This document shows, piece by piece, positions 40,411 to 49,811 of a stretch of 64,000 nt of DNA (the stretch's first letter is position 1; each line of letters begins with the position of its first letter). The stretch is taken from positions 24,344 to 88,343 of the IMG/VR virus record IMGVR_UViG_2657245143_000002; one strand, 5' to 3'. The translations under genes were made by a program, and so were the position numbers. Under the pieces are notes generated by a model. It was not told where the DNA came from, did not search any database, and saw nothing but the letters and a program-made list of their open reading frames with translations. This DNA comes from a virus. Lineage: Duplodnaviria > Caudoviricetes.

Positions 40411-41769
40411 ATGGTCGATGTCTCTAATAGAAGCCGCGTCCCGGCTGGACGCAGGGAGGGTGGAAGGTTCGCGTCAGAGGCCGATGGACCCTCCGATGGC
40501 GTGGCCGACATCTCCGGCTACGGCGAATACGACGCCACGGGCGTCCGCCACTTCGCCCACCGCTCCGAGGCGGTGGAGGCCGCCCTGCAATCCGACTCGC
40601 CCTGCTACCTCACCGCCTCCGGCGACGGCTTCGACCTCGCCTCCGACCCGACCGAATACAGGGACCCGATCTATGTCCCCTACGATCAGGACGGCGACCT
40701 CGTGACCGAGGAGATCGACTTCGGCGGCAGGCCGCACGACGGCTGGATTGTCAACCCCTACGAGGGCATGGACGGCGGCGACATGCGGCCGGTCAGGGAC
40801 TTCCTCGACGGCAAGGCGGACTCGCTGACGATCAGAAGGGAGACCACCGATTCGGTCATCTGGGGCGACGACGAGGACGAGGACGAGACCTTGGACGGCG
40901 AGACCATCGTCTTGGCGTCGAACAGGCCGCCGGAGACCGCCGTCCGCGAGTCGTTCAAGGACAGGGTGAACGGCTTCGACCGCTTCGAGGCGGCGAAGGC
41001 CGTCTGCGACACGAACGCCACCAAGGCCGAGCTGCACTGGGCCGCCGAGAACGCCAATATCGACGTGGCGGGCCGTCTGGCCGTCTCGACCAACGCCGCG
41101 AGGCTCGACCCGGAGGAGTCCGACCGCCTGCTGGAGAGGGTGCTGCGCTCCGACCGCGAGGCGGCGGGCTTCGCGGTGCAACAGCTCAACCTCCCGGAGG
41201 ACTCCAAGCTGTATCTGGCCGAATCGCCCGACCCCGCGCTGCGTGCGGCGGTCGCCAAGAGGAGGGACCTGCCCAAGGAGGCCGAGGCCCTGCTCATGCG
41301 CGACCCCGACGACCATGTGCGGGCCGCGCTGGTGCCGCATCTCGGGGCTCTCGACATGCGGCGTCTGAAGGACGACCCGTCGCCGCTTATCCGGGAGGAG
41401 GTGGCGCGGCACAAACTGACGTCGTTCGACGCGCTTTCGGAGCTCTCGCACGACCCGAACCGCCATGTGCGCGTGGTCGTGGCGAACAACCCGAGGACGC
41501 CCAAGGCGGACTTGGCCCGCATCGCCAACGACGGGAACGAGAACATCTCCGTGCGGTTGCGGGCCTTGGCGAACGAGTCCACGCCGAGGGAGGCCATCGA
41601 GAGCGTGACCGACCGGAAGCTGGCGACCGCGAGGGCCTACGCGCTTGCGGCCAAGGACCGGGGCATCCACTACGGCGACGCGATTCTCTCGTTGAAGAGG
41701 GAGGACCTGAAGCCCTACCTGCCGAAGCCGTCCGCGCAACCGTTCGAGCCCGGCGACGGGCACTTTTAG
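40411..41769 (+). CDS. Leader-tagged protein 1: tag + acidic domain + LRV repeats
   Basis: RVPAGRREGGRFA; middle domain paralogous to 8681-9145; C-terminal LRV repeats. Confidence 0.8.
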   Translation: MVDVSNRSRVPAGRREGGRFASEADGPSDGVADISGYGEYDATGVRHFAHRSEAVEAALQSDSPCYLTASGDGFDLASDPTEYRDPIYVPYDQDGDLVTEEIDFGGRPHDGWIVNPYEGMDGGDMRPVRDFLDGKADSLTIRRETTDSVIWGDDEDEDETLDGETIVLASNRPPETAVRESFKDRVNGFDRFEAAKAVCDTNATKAELHWAAENANIDVAGRLAVSTNAARLDPEESDRLLERVLRSDREAAGFAVQQLNLPEDSKLYLAESPDPALRAAVAKRRDLPKEAEALLMRDPDDHVRAALVPHLGALDMRRLKDDPSPLIREEVARHKLTSFDALSELSHDPNRHVRVVVANNPRTPKADLARIANDGNENISVRLRALANESTPREAIESVTDRKLATARAYALAAKDRGIHYGDAILSLKREDLKPYLPKPSAQPFEPGDGHF

Positions 41770-41781
41770 AAAGGCGGAGCC

Positions 41782-42732
41782 ATGACACCGCAACCAAGGA
41801 TTCCGGCCGGCAGGCGGGACGGCGGCAGGTTCGCCGCGAACGGCGCATCCGGCCATGCCGTCGATGACCTCGGACCGGACGACGCATACGGGTTCCCGCC
41901 CGAGCCGACCGTGACGCGGGAGGGCACCTACACGACGGTCAGCGGCTCCAAGAGCCACCTGCCCTTGGACACGACCGGCAAGGCGAGGGCCATGCGGGCC
42001 GACGTCGGCGGCCAACCCCGCCGCAAAACGAGCAACCCCGAAGACCTCCTCGGAATGGCCTCCGACGGCATCCAGCCGGACAACCTCAACAAATACCAAG
42101 ACGACTACTATGAAGCCGATTATCGGGAGCTCCCCGACCCCGAGCACCCCCTCGACCTCAAACGCCGCAACATGAGCGGGCGGAACCTCCAAGGCAGCGA
42201 GTTCGCCGCCGCACACATCGCCAACACCAGCTTCAAACACGCCGACCTCACCGGCAGCCGCATGACCGCCGACATCAACCACGCGGACTTCACCGGCGCG
42301 AACCTCACCGCCACCTACTGGGGCACGCAGGCGCTCTTCGACACCAACATGCGATGCGCCTACGTACAAAGCACCTCCTTCCGGGACATCAACGGGGAGG
42401 GCGCGGGATTCCAAGGCTCGCACCTGTCCGACTGCGACTTCACCGACGCCCGCCTGCCGGACGCCTATTTCGAGGCCGCCGACCTCACCGACTGCACGAT
42501 GCGCAACGCGGACCTGACCGGCGCGCAAATGGGAGGCGCCACCATGACCCGCGTCAACCTCACCGGAGCCGACTTGAGCGGCGCGGATATGACCACCATC
42601 ACCGCAGATCAAATCTCATTGGACGATGCGAACCTCAAAGGCACTAGGTTCACCAGCATCGAAGGATTCACCATCGACGGGCGGCAAGTCACCGTCAAGC
42701 AACTTCAAGAGCGTGGCGCACGCCTCGACTGA
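41782..42732 (+). CDS. Leader-tagged protein 2: pentapeptide-repeat protein
   Basis: RIPAGRRDGGRFA; long A[DN]L[TS]G repeats. Confidence 0.85.
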   Translation: MTPQPRIPAGRRDGGRFAANGASGHAVDDLGPDDAYGFPPEPTVTREGTYTTVSGSKSHLPLDTTGKARAMRADVGGQPRRKTSNPEDLLGMASDGIQPDNLNKYQDDYYEADYRELPDPEHPLDLKRRNMSGRNLQGSEFAAAHIANTSFKHADLTGSRMTADINHADFTGANLTATYWGTQALFDTNMRCAYVQSTSFRDINGEGAGFQGSHLSDCDFTDARLPDAYFEAADLTDCTMRNADLTGAQMGGATMTRVNLTGADLSGADMTTITADQISLDDANLKGTRFTSIEGFTIDGRQVTVKQLQERGARLD

Positions 42733-42776
42733 CCAGTATGGGAACGGTAGAAGACGGACAGTTAGGAGAACAACCC

Positions 42777-42935
42777 ATGAGACCGTATCGCATCGCCAAC
42801 CCGGAACTGGCGCAAGCCATGCGGGAGAAACGCCGTTCCGGCGCATGTCTGCCGTATGACAGCCGCCCGCACCGGGAGCGGTCGCGCGCCGACGCCAAGC
42901 GCGCCGCCATCAAGTGGAGCATGGCAACCGCGTGA
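42777..42935 (+). CDS. Small basic phage-type protein
   Basis: AMREKRRSGA..RSRADAKRAAI; AGGAG RBS. Confidence 0.55.
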   Translation: MRPYRIANPELAQAMREKRRSGACLPYDSRPHRERSRADAKRAAIKWSMATA

Positions 42936-42969
42936 ACAGCTTTGATTGAAACGATTGAAAGGAAGCGGT

Positions 42970-44097
42970 ATGAACAATGCGAACGACAGGGCTAGGGTCC
43001 CCGCAGGAAGGCGGGAGGGAGGCCGGTTCGCCCCGGAGGACCACGGGACGGAGACCGCCACGGAGCTGGGCGACGCCACCGAGTACGTGACGATGGGCGA
43101 CGTCGGCTCGTATCCGAGCGACGTCAACCGGTTCGTGACGAACGACCAGCTCGCCAAGCGCAAATCGGAGCTGTTCGAGGAGTGGCAGGAGGCCGCCGAC
43201 AGGGCCGTGGACAGGTGGCCCGCCTCGATGCCCACCGACGTGGGTGCCATGTCCGTCATGGAGGGCGCGTTGAACGAGGCCCGCATGAGGAAGGACCCCG
43301 AGTGGGACGGCTGGGACGAGGACACAGCCCCGCACGTCACCAAGGAGGAGCTGCGCGAGGCCATAGGCGACATGGCCTCCGAGGAGGACACCTTCGAGAC
43401 CAACGACCTCATGGAGCGGATGCTGCGGGAGCCGAAGGACCGCGACGACCTGCTGTCCTCCGTGTACACCACCGGCAGGCCGGAGGGCAACATCTGCGGC
43501 GACCGCTGGGAGGACCGCACCGCCCTGTTCGACTCCGCGAGGGACGTCGCCGTGAACGGCACGCCCGCCGACATCGAATCCGACCCGCTGGCGAGCGCCA
43601 TTGCCGACGCCGCGAGGGAGTCCGTGGGCGGGGAGGCCACGGACGAGGACTACCTCGGCTGCGTCGGCGCGATGGAATACGGCGACGACCCGCATCTCTC
43701 CCGGATGGTCGATGACGAGATCGAATCGCTGCGGCAGGACGAGATCGGGAACCTGAAGTCCGCCAAGATCGAGACGCCCGTGGTGGCGTTCGGCAGGGCC
43801 GGGCTTTGGAACGGCAGCGCCGACAACGGCGCGTTCATCGACGCGGACAGCGTGGGCACCCTTATCGGGAACGGCGACCCGTACTCCGGCATGGACGGGT
43901 CCAGTTGGAGCGTGGACGCCCGCAACGAGCTGGTCTGGCACGGCACCCACCACGACGGCTCGAACACGGTCGTGTTCAGGAGACTCAGGCCGGACGTGAC
44001 CCGCGAGCAGGCGGAGGCGATGACGCCCGACGAGCTGGTGTCTCAGGGCACGGTGCCGCTCGGCGGCGCGGTGGTCGGCGTGTACGGCATGCCGTGA
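42970..44097 (+). CDS. Leader-tagged protein 3: very acidic hypothetical
   Basis: RVPAGRREGGRFA; D/E-rich body. Confidence 0.8.
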   Translation: MNNANDRARVPAGRREGGRFAPEDHGTETATELGDATEYVTMGDVGSYPSDVNRFVTNDQLAKRKSELFEEWQEAADRAVDRWPASMPTDVGAMSVMEGALNEARMRKDPEWDGWDEDTAPHVTKEELREAIGDMASEEDTFETNDLMERMLREPKDRDDLLSSVYTTGRPEGNICGDRWEDRTALFDSARDVAVNGTPADIESDPLASAIADAARESVGGEATDEDYLGCVGAMEYGDDPHLSRMVDDEIESLRQDEIGNLKSAKIETPVVAFGRAGLWNGSADNGAFIDADSVGTLIGNGDPYSGMDGSSWSVDARNELVWHGTHHDGSNTVVFRRLRPDVTREQAEAMTPDELVSQGTVPLGGAVVGVYGMP

Positions 44098-44112
44098 CGT
44101 CGGCAGCAGCAC

Positions 44113-44142
44113 AGCCCAAGTCAGCGATGGCTTGGGCTTTTC
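44113..44142 (+). terminator. Terminator-like hairpin overlapping GCACAG motif (near-identical unit at 45613-45640)
   Basis: AGCCCAAGTC/GGCTTGGGCT followed by TTT; second copy AGCCCAAGTCG/CGACTTGGGCT followed by TTT. Confidence 0.65.
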
Positions 44143-44159
44143 CTTTGTGAGGAGGCTTT

Positions 44160-44933
44160 ATGAGTGGCAACGACCAACCCCGCGTCCCGGCGGGCCGCCG
44201 TGACGGCGGGCGCTTCGCCGCGGCCGATTCGGACGTGCGCGTGGACGACCTTGCGCCCGAACCGGCGGCCAACCGTGGGGGCGCGACGCCCGGCAGGGCC
44301 GCCGAAATCCTGTTCCCCGTGGGCATCCGTGGGGACAACGACGTGCAGGCCGAGCTGAGGGAACTTGCGCCGGGGGTCTTCGCCAAGGCGTTCGCGGACA
44401 GGCCCGACATCGGGGTCTGGCCGGGAGGCAGGGACGGCGTGGCGACGTTCGACTCCACGAAGCTGGGCGGCGACGTCACCGTGGAGGCGCGGAACCACGC
44501 GGACCCGATGGGTTCGGGCCGCGACTGCCTCGACGTGCTGTACTCCGACGGCGGGGAGCTGGAATACATGCGCTACGACATTGGCGGGGACCCGGCCAAG
44601 GGCCTTGCCAAGGCCGCGCGGGACATCGAGGCGAGGCTGGAGCCGTTCATGCGCCGCGAGCGCGAGCGCGTGTGGGCCTCCGTGGAAAGGGTCATGGATT
44701 CCGGCGAGGTGGCGGGCGGACTGGTGACGTACCGCAACGAGGTCGGGCCGAACGGCGACGTCGCCTACAGGCCGCTGGTCTCGCTCGACGGCGGTGCGAC
44801 CGATGCCGAGCGGGGCGACGCCGTGCGGAAGGTGTACGAGGCGATGCTCGACGCGGTGGCGGACATGGGCCGGAACGGCTGGAGGTCGCTGAGGCCCGTC
44901 TACCCCGAGATCGCCCGGAAGAACGGAAGATAA
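44160..44933 (+). CDS. Leader-tagged protein 4: hypothetical
   Basis: RVPAGRRDGGRFA; GGAGG RBS. Confidence 0.8.
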   Translation: MSGNDQPRVPAGRRDGGRFAAADSDVRVDDLAPEPAANRGGATPGRAAEILFPVGIRGDNDVQAELRELAPGVFAKAFADRPDIGVWPGGRDGVATFDSTKLGGDVTVEARNHADPMGSGRDCLDVLYSDGGELEYMRYDIGGDPAKGLAKAARDIEARLEPFMRRERERVWASVERVMDSGEVAGGLVTYRNEVGPNGDVAYRPLVSLDGGATDAERGDAVRKVYEAMLDAVADMGRNGWRSLRPVYPEIARKNGR

Positions 44934-44943
44934 GGAGTGCAAC

Positions 44944-45594
44944 ATGGCAGAGAACGACAGGGCTAGGATTCCGGCGGGCTACAGGAACGGCGGGCAGTTC
45001 GCCCCGGAGAGCCACGCCGCCGCAGGCTTGGTGTCCGACATGGCGTCGGCCGGCGAGTATTCGGAGGCCGAGGCGTCCGTCAGATCGCCGGAGCGGTTGG
45101 CCTACGACGGCATCGAGGTGGATTCGCCCGGCAGGATGTACGACTGGGCGAACGGCGTCGAGGGCGAGCTTCAGTCCATCGCCGCTTGGAACTACGCGCA
45201 CAGGGACTCGGCCTTCGAGCCGGGCATGGAGGCGTACCACCTCGGCAACCCGAGCTGGGTGACGCAGGAGCAGATGAAGGCGGTCACGCGGGACGACCCT
45301 TTGGTCCTCGACCGGTATCTGGTCACGGTCAACGGCTGGCTCGACCGGGGCGAACGCGACGGGAACGGCGTCACCGGCAGGGAGCGCGAGGCGTTCGACC
45401 ATTGGGACGACGCCGCATGGTGGGCCGAACAATCCGAACAGATGTTCGACAGCGACGACGGCGTGCCCGACGAGGGCAGCTACCTGACCGAACTCGACCC
45501 CGACGAGATCGACCTAGGCGACTACGACGAGTGCTATTCGGATTCGCCGGAGCGACTGGCGGAGACGGCGCGGAGGTTCGGTCTGGAGTCCTGA
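44944..45594 (+). CDS. Leader-tagged protein 5: very acidic hypothetical
   Basis: RIPAGYRNGGQFA; AAGGAG RBS. Confidence 0.8.
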   Translation: MAENDRARIPAGYRNGGQFAPESHAAAGLVSDMASAGEYSEAEASVRSPERLAYDGIEVDSPGRMYDWANGVEGELQSIAAWNYAHRDSAFEPGMEAYHLGNPSWVTQEQMKAVTRDDPLVLDRYLVTVNGWLDRGERDGNGVTGREREAFDHWDDAAWWAEQSEQMFDSDDGVPDEGSYLTELDPDEIDLGDYDECYSDSPERLAETARRFGLES

Positions 45595-45656
45595 AATCCG
45601 CACCATCAGCACAGCCCAAGTCGGCAACGACTTGGGCTTTACCGTAAGGAGGAATC

Positions 45657-46565
45657 ATGGCGACGGATGGCAGGGCGAGGGTTCCCGCAGGACGACGCGA
45701 AGGCGGGCGGTTCGCAAACGAAAACAGGGAGACCGCGACGTCGGTCTCCGATCTGGCCGGCGGCGAGTACGCCCCTGAAAAGGCGAACCCGTATGCGGAC
45801 GGGCTGCCGGAGAAGCCGGCTTGGCTGCCGATGGACTCCGACATCGAGGACACCGAGGCCAACCGGGAGTCGCTGCTGTCCCTCGCGCAGGACCACGCCG
45901 CCTACTACGGCGAACCCGCGTGGGCCAACACGGTCTCCGTGGACGACCTCGAATACAGCGCACCGGAGCTCTACGGGAAGTGGATGGCCTCGGACGACTA
46001 CGACCCGGACGCCGACACCCTGCGGCCCGACGACTACGGCTCCGGCTATCAGGCCGTGGACCATGAAACGCTGCTCAATGACGCTTGGCACATGCGCTCC
46101 GACATCGTTCAGGAGGCATACGACGAGGACGTGGACGACTTCACGGGCGGCGGCAGCGCGGAGTCGCTGGCCGCCATCACCACGGCGAACGGCCTGACCG
46201 TCGGGGAGCGCGAGCGCCGCATGGCGAAGGTCGCGGCCCTGCCGGATGACTACGAGATGGAGTGGGGCACCCCGACCATGCTCGACGGCACCAAGGGCGA
46301 CGGCTATGTGTCCGACGTGCTCGACTGCGAGGGCGGCGAGCCGGTGCCCGACCGGGGCTGGGAGGTTCTGAGGGGCCACCGCAGCCCCTACGTGTCCGGG
46401 CCCGACAACGGCGTGTTCTCGCCGGACGAGGACGCCTCCGGCAGGCAGATTCTCGGCTGGGCGGTGGCCGGGGGCTACGACGAGGCGGCGCTGTGCGAGG
46501 TCGATGACGAGAACGGCGAGCCTGTCGGCTGGTGCGTGCAGGTGAGGAGACCCGATGGCCGGTAA
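45657..46565 (+). CDS. Leader-tagged protein 6: very acidic hypothetical
   Basis: RVPAGRREGGRFA; AAGGAGG RBS. Confidence 0.8.
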   Translation: MATDGRARVPAGRREGGRFANENRETATSVSDLAGGEYAPEKANPYADGLPEKPAWLPMDSDIEDTEANRESLLSLAQDHAAYYGEPAWANTVSVDDLEYSAPELYGKWMASDDYDPDADTLRPDDYGSGYQAVDHETLLNDAWHMRSDIVQEAYDEDVDDFTGGGSAESLAAITTANGLTVGERERRMAKVAALPDDYEMEWGTPTMLDGTKGDGYVSDVLDCEGGEPVPDRGWEVLRGHRSPYVSGPDNGVFSPDEDASGRQILGWAVAGGYDEAALCEVDDENGEPVGWCVQVRRPDGR

Positions 46566-47139
46566 GCAGGCGAGGGTGCCGAAGGGCCGGCGCGAGGGCG
46601 GCAGATACGCCCGCACGCTGGGCGAGGCGTACGCGGCCACCGCCGATCTGGACGACGAGTACGAGGACGGGGTTCCGCTCCATGCGTCCGACGACGGAGG
46701 GGATGGCCCCGCGTGGAGGCCGCTCAAGTACTACGACGGCTCGTATGAGATCACGGGTGCCAAGGTTATCGACCCGAGACCGCTTGCCGACCGCATCCGC
46801 GGCTGGCTCGACGCCAAGCTGAAGGGCGACGACACCGGCAACCCCTACTGCCGCGACGGGCGGCGCTACCGCAGGGTCGTGGGGGTCAGGGCCTCCGCGC
46901 ACCGGAGGTGGCTGGCCGACCGCGAGCGCTCCGCGAACGGCGGCGAGGAGGCGTTGAGACGCGCCGCAGCACGCCAGCGGGCCGAGGCGGCCGCCGAACG
47001 CGAGGCATGCGAACGCGCCCACGACCCGTTCCACGGGCTGTCGGACGACGAGCGCCACGCACGCATGACGTGGAGCCTCCACGAGGAGGCCGTCGCCCGT
47101 GGCGACACCGAAAACCCCTTCTACGACATGAACATCTGA
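46555..47139 (+). CDS. Leader-tagged protein 7: hypothetical
   Basis: RVPKGRREGGRYA; overlaps the previous stop. Confidence 0.8.
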   Translation: MAGKQARVPKGRREGGRYARTLGEAYAATADLDDEYEDGVPLHASDDGGDGPAWRPLKYYDGSYEITGAKVIDPRPLADRIRGWLDAKLKGDDTGNPYCRDGRRYRRVVGVRASAHRRWLADRERSANGGEEALRRAAARQRAEAAAEREACERAHDPFHGLSDDERHARMTWSLHEEAVARGDTENPFYDMNI

Positions 47140-47324
47140 ACTTGGAGGACAACGTGGAAGACACGAGACCCTTGGGCATCACGCCGTTCGGAATCCCGGA
47201 CGACAAACTCTATGAGGCGTTGCGCCGGTGCGAGACGAGGAACCGCGACCGGGGCCGGATAACGGGCTGAGGCACAGCCACGGACGTAAAAGTCCGTGGC
47301 TTTTCTCTTATAGGAAGGATTCCG

Positions 47325-47450
47325 ATGATTCACGAAGACAGATGGAAGAGCACCAGCGAGGCGCTGGATGGATTGGCTGACGAGCGGCACGGAAAGCTGC
47401 GCGAGCGCCTTGATGGCGCGACGGCGGATTGCGACGCCGAGGAGGGCTGA
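47325..47450 (+). CDS. Small hypothetical peptide (41 aa)
   Basis: AGGAAGG RBS; ends just before the next ATG. Confidence 0.35.
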   Translation: MIHEDRWKSTSEALDGLADERHGKLRERLDGATADCDAEEG

Positions 47451-47453
47451 GGC

Positions 47454-47954
47454 ATGAACCCTTGGCTGAGCTACTTCCTCGGCGTCTTTACGCCATTCAT
47501 CCTGTTCGCGCTCTACCTGATAGGCGGGCTGGTGATCGACGCCTTCACCCCGACGAAGAACTACGGCTACTCCCGCTGCGTGTTCTGCCCTTGGGATTCG
47601 ATTCACCCGGAGGACGCGAAGGCCACGCCGTTCGGGCAGTGGTGCCGCAGGATGGCCCACCTGCACCTGAACCCACGCCACCGGCGCTGGGCGCGGATTC
47701 TCAGGAGGTGGCCGCGCCGGTCGCATGTGGAGGTCACGCTGCCGGACGGCGGGCGCTATACCGGAAAACTTGAGAGGTGGCGTGACGGCGAGATGCCGCA
47801 ATACCTTGACAGGACCACGAACAAGTGGACCAGATCGGGCGACAGGGCCCACGGCTACGGCTTCACGGACGACACGACCGGCAGGTGGTTCGAGTGCTGG
47901 GACGACGACGCCCGTCCGACGGGGTATGCCGGTTTGCTGAAACGGGCCGAGTAG
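47454..47954 (+). CDS. Membrane-anchored hypothetical protein
   Basis: N-terminal TM helix. Confidence 0.6.
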   Translation: MNPWLSYFLGVFTPFILFALYLIGGLVIDAFTPTKNYGYSRCVFCPWDSIHPEDAKATPFGQWCRRMAHLHLNPRHRRWARILRRWPRRSHVEVTLPDGGRYTGKLERWRDGEMPQYLDRTTNKWTRSGDRAHGYGFTDDTTGRWFECWDDDARPTGYAGLLKRAE

Positions 47955-48030
47955 CGAAAAGTGGTCGAAATCGACCACTTTAATGTTTCCGCCCCATGCC
48001 GCCGGCAGATCACTACAGGAAGGCGGCAAC

Positions 48031-49356
48031 ATGGTTGACACGACCAACGGCGACGGCAGGCTCAGGTTCCAGCGGGACGCCGTGCTGGGGCTCAAGTCCG
48101 GCGACGGCATGCTTATCACCGGCGAGGCGGGCACGGGAAAATCGACACTGATAGGGGAGTGGCTTCGACTCCACGGGGAGCGGGCCATGCGCCTCGCCCC
48201 CACGGGCGTGGCCGCGCTCAACTTCGGCGGGCAGACCATCCACCGCGCCATGCACATCTCCCCGAGGGCGTCGAACGGCAGGGTCGTGGCATCGGCCAAG
48301 AACCTGCTGCGCAAGGACCCCTCGACGTGGGCGAACCTCGACACCGTGGTGGTGGACGAGATCGGCATGGTGCGCAGCGACCTGCTCTCGCAACTGGACC
48401 TGTTCCTGCGTGCCGTCAAGGGCGACCCGTCGGTGTTCGGCGGCGTCCGCATGATATTCGTGGGCGACCCGTTGCAGTTGCAGCCCGTCGTCGGCAGGGG
48501 CGAGGCCGACCAGTTCGGCCCCGGAAGGCTCTGGCACTCGCCTTGGTTCTTCGACAGCCCCGCCTTCCGGGAGCTCACACAGTCCGGCGGCATCAGGTTC
48601 GTCAACCTGAAGAGGCCCCACCGCCAGTCCGACGCGGGCTTCCTCGACCTGCTGCACGGCATCCGGCTGGGCGAGCCCGACGGGGGCCTGCTGGCCGACT
48701 TCAACGACCGCCGCGCCGACGGTGCCTTCGCGCCCGACGCGATGACCCTGACGCCCGTCAACAGCATCGCGGACGAACGCAACGCCCGTGGCCTCGCCGC
48801 CCTCGACGCCGACCGGTTCACGGTATGCGCCGATGTCAGCGGCAAATGGCCGACGGGCACCGCGTCCGACCCGGTTCAGCGTGAGCTGACCCTGTGCGTC
48901 GGCGCGAGGGTGATGACGGTCGCCAACGACCCGGACGGCGCATACGTCAACGGCAGCACCGGGACGCTTCTGGAATGGACACCGAACCCCGGCGTGGCGC
49001 TCGTCCGCTTGGACAACGGCCCGGAGGTGGAGGTCCGATGGCACCGCTGGTCGCAAGTGGAGCGCGTGTGGGACGACCGGAGGGACCGCATGGTCAACCG
49101 GTCGGTGGGCGAGTTCGTGCAGCTCCCCCTGAAGCTGGCCTATGCCAGCACCATCCACAAGGCGCAGGGCCTCACGCTGGACGGCATGAATCTGGCGATC
49201 AGGAACACGCAGATTTTCGCGGAGGGTCAGGCATATGTGGCGCTGAGCCGGTGCAGGACCGCCGCCGGCATCCACATGGACCGCCGCATCGCGCCGTTCG
49301 AGTGCAAGGCGTCGGAGCGCGTGCTCGGCTTCCTCAAGGAGGTCGGCTGCCTGTGA
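48031..49356 (+). CDS. Pif1/RecD-like SF1B helicase
   Basis: GEAGTGKS, APTGVAA, VVVDEIGM, GDPLQL, RQSD, TIHKAQG, GQAYVALSR. Confidence 0.92.
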   Translation: MVDTTNGDGRLRFQRDAVLGLKSGDGMLITGEAGTGKSTLIGEWLRLHGERAMRLAPTGVAALNFGGQTIHRAMHISPRASNGRVVASAKNLLRKDPSTWANLDTVVVDEIGMVRSDLLSQLDLFLRAVKGDPSVFGGVRMIFVGDPLQLQPVVGRGEADQFGPGRLWHSPWFFDSPAFRELTQSGGIRFVNLKRPHRQSDAGFLDLLHGIRLGEPDGGLLADFNDRRADGAFAPDAMTLTPVNSIADERNARGLAALDADRFTVCADVSGKWPTGTASDPVQRELTLCVGARVMTVANDPDGAYVNGSTGTLLEWTPNPGVALVRLDNGPEVEVRWHRWSQVERVWDDRRDRMVNRSVGEFVQLPLKLAYASTIHKAQGLTLDGMNLAIRNTQIFAEGQAYVALSRCRTAAGIHMDRRIAPFECKASERVLGFLKEVGCL

Positions 49357-49410
49357 CGGCGGGCCGCACAGACAAAGGGGCCGCACGGGCCACCGACCGT
49401 GCGGACCATT

Positions 49411-49495
49411 GGAGGATTGGCAGAGCAGACTAATGCACCCGTCCCGAAAGCGGGCAGGGGTCAGACCCTCGCGCGTGCAAATCGCGCATCCTCCG
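49411..49495 (+). tRNA. tRNA-Ser(CGA)
   Basis: GGAGGAT/ATCCTCC acceptor, CCCGT-CC CGA AA-GCGGG, long variable arm, atypical T-loop TGCAAAT. Confidence 0.8.
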
Positions 49496-49514
49496 CTCGG
49501 ATAATTGAAGATCG

Positions 49515-49596
49515 GGTGGGTTGGCCCAGCGGCGACGGCAGGAGCCTGTAAATCTCCGACACTGACACATCGCGGGTTCGAGTCCCGCACCCACCA
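49515..49596 (+). tRNA. tRNA-Tyr(GTA)
   Basis: GGTGGGT/ACCCACC acceptor, CT GTA AA loop, GTTCGAGTC T-arm. Confidence 0.85.
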
Positions 49597-49599
49597 CGA

Positions 49600-49707
49600 G
49601 GACGGAATGGACAGTCCCCGGCACGCAAGTAGTTCCCGAATGGGAGTAAGGCAGGTGGCCCGTGCGCGGGCGCTCGGCCGAGAAGACCGAAAGCGCCGGT
49701 TCCGTCC
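49600..49707 (+). ncRNA. Unassigned structured RNA of about 108 nt
   Basis: Terminal helix GGACGGAA/TTCCGTCC enclosing GCACG/CGTGC, TTCCC/GGGAG and GGCGC/GCGCC helices; no cloverleaf. Confidence 0.45.
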
Positions 49708-49734
49708 GAGGCCGGTCGGCGCACAGACCGGATT

Positions 49735-49808
49735 GGCCCGGTAGCTCAGTCGGCTAGAGCAGTTGGTTAACACCCAACCGGTCGGACGTTCGAGTCGTCC
49801 CCGGACCA
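49735..49808 (+). tRNA. tRNA-Val(AAC)
   Basis: Canonical D-arm, GTTGG-TT AAC AC-CCAAC anticodon arm, GTTCGAGTC. Confidence 0.8.
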
Positions 49809-49811
49809 CGG

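Noticed and set aside
40411-47139. Tag as a DNA-level recombination site (integron/shufflon cassette) or Tat signal
   Set aside because: Nucleotide sequence varies at synonymous positions, and there is no hydrophobic helix after the RR
49600-49707. 5S rRNA, SRP RNA or hammerhead identity for the structured RNA
   Set aside because: Only superficial size and shape similarity; conserved loop sequences not found by eye
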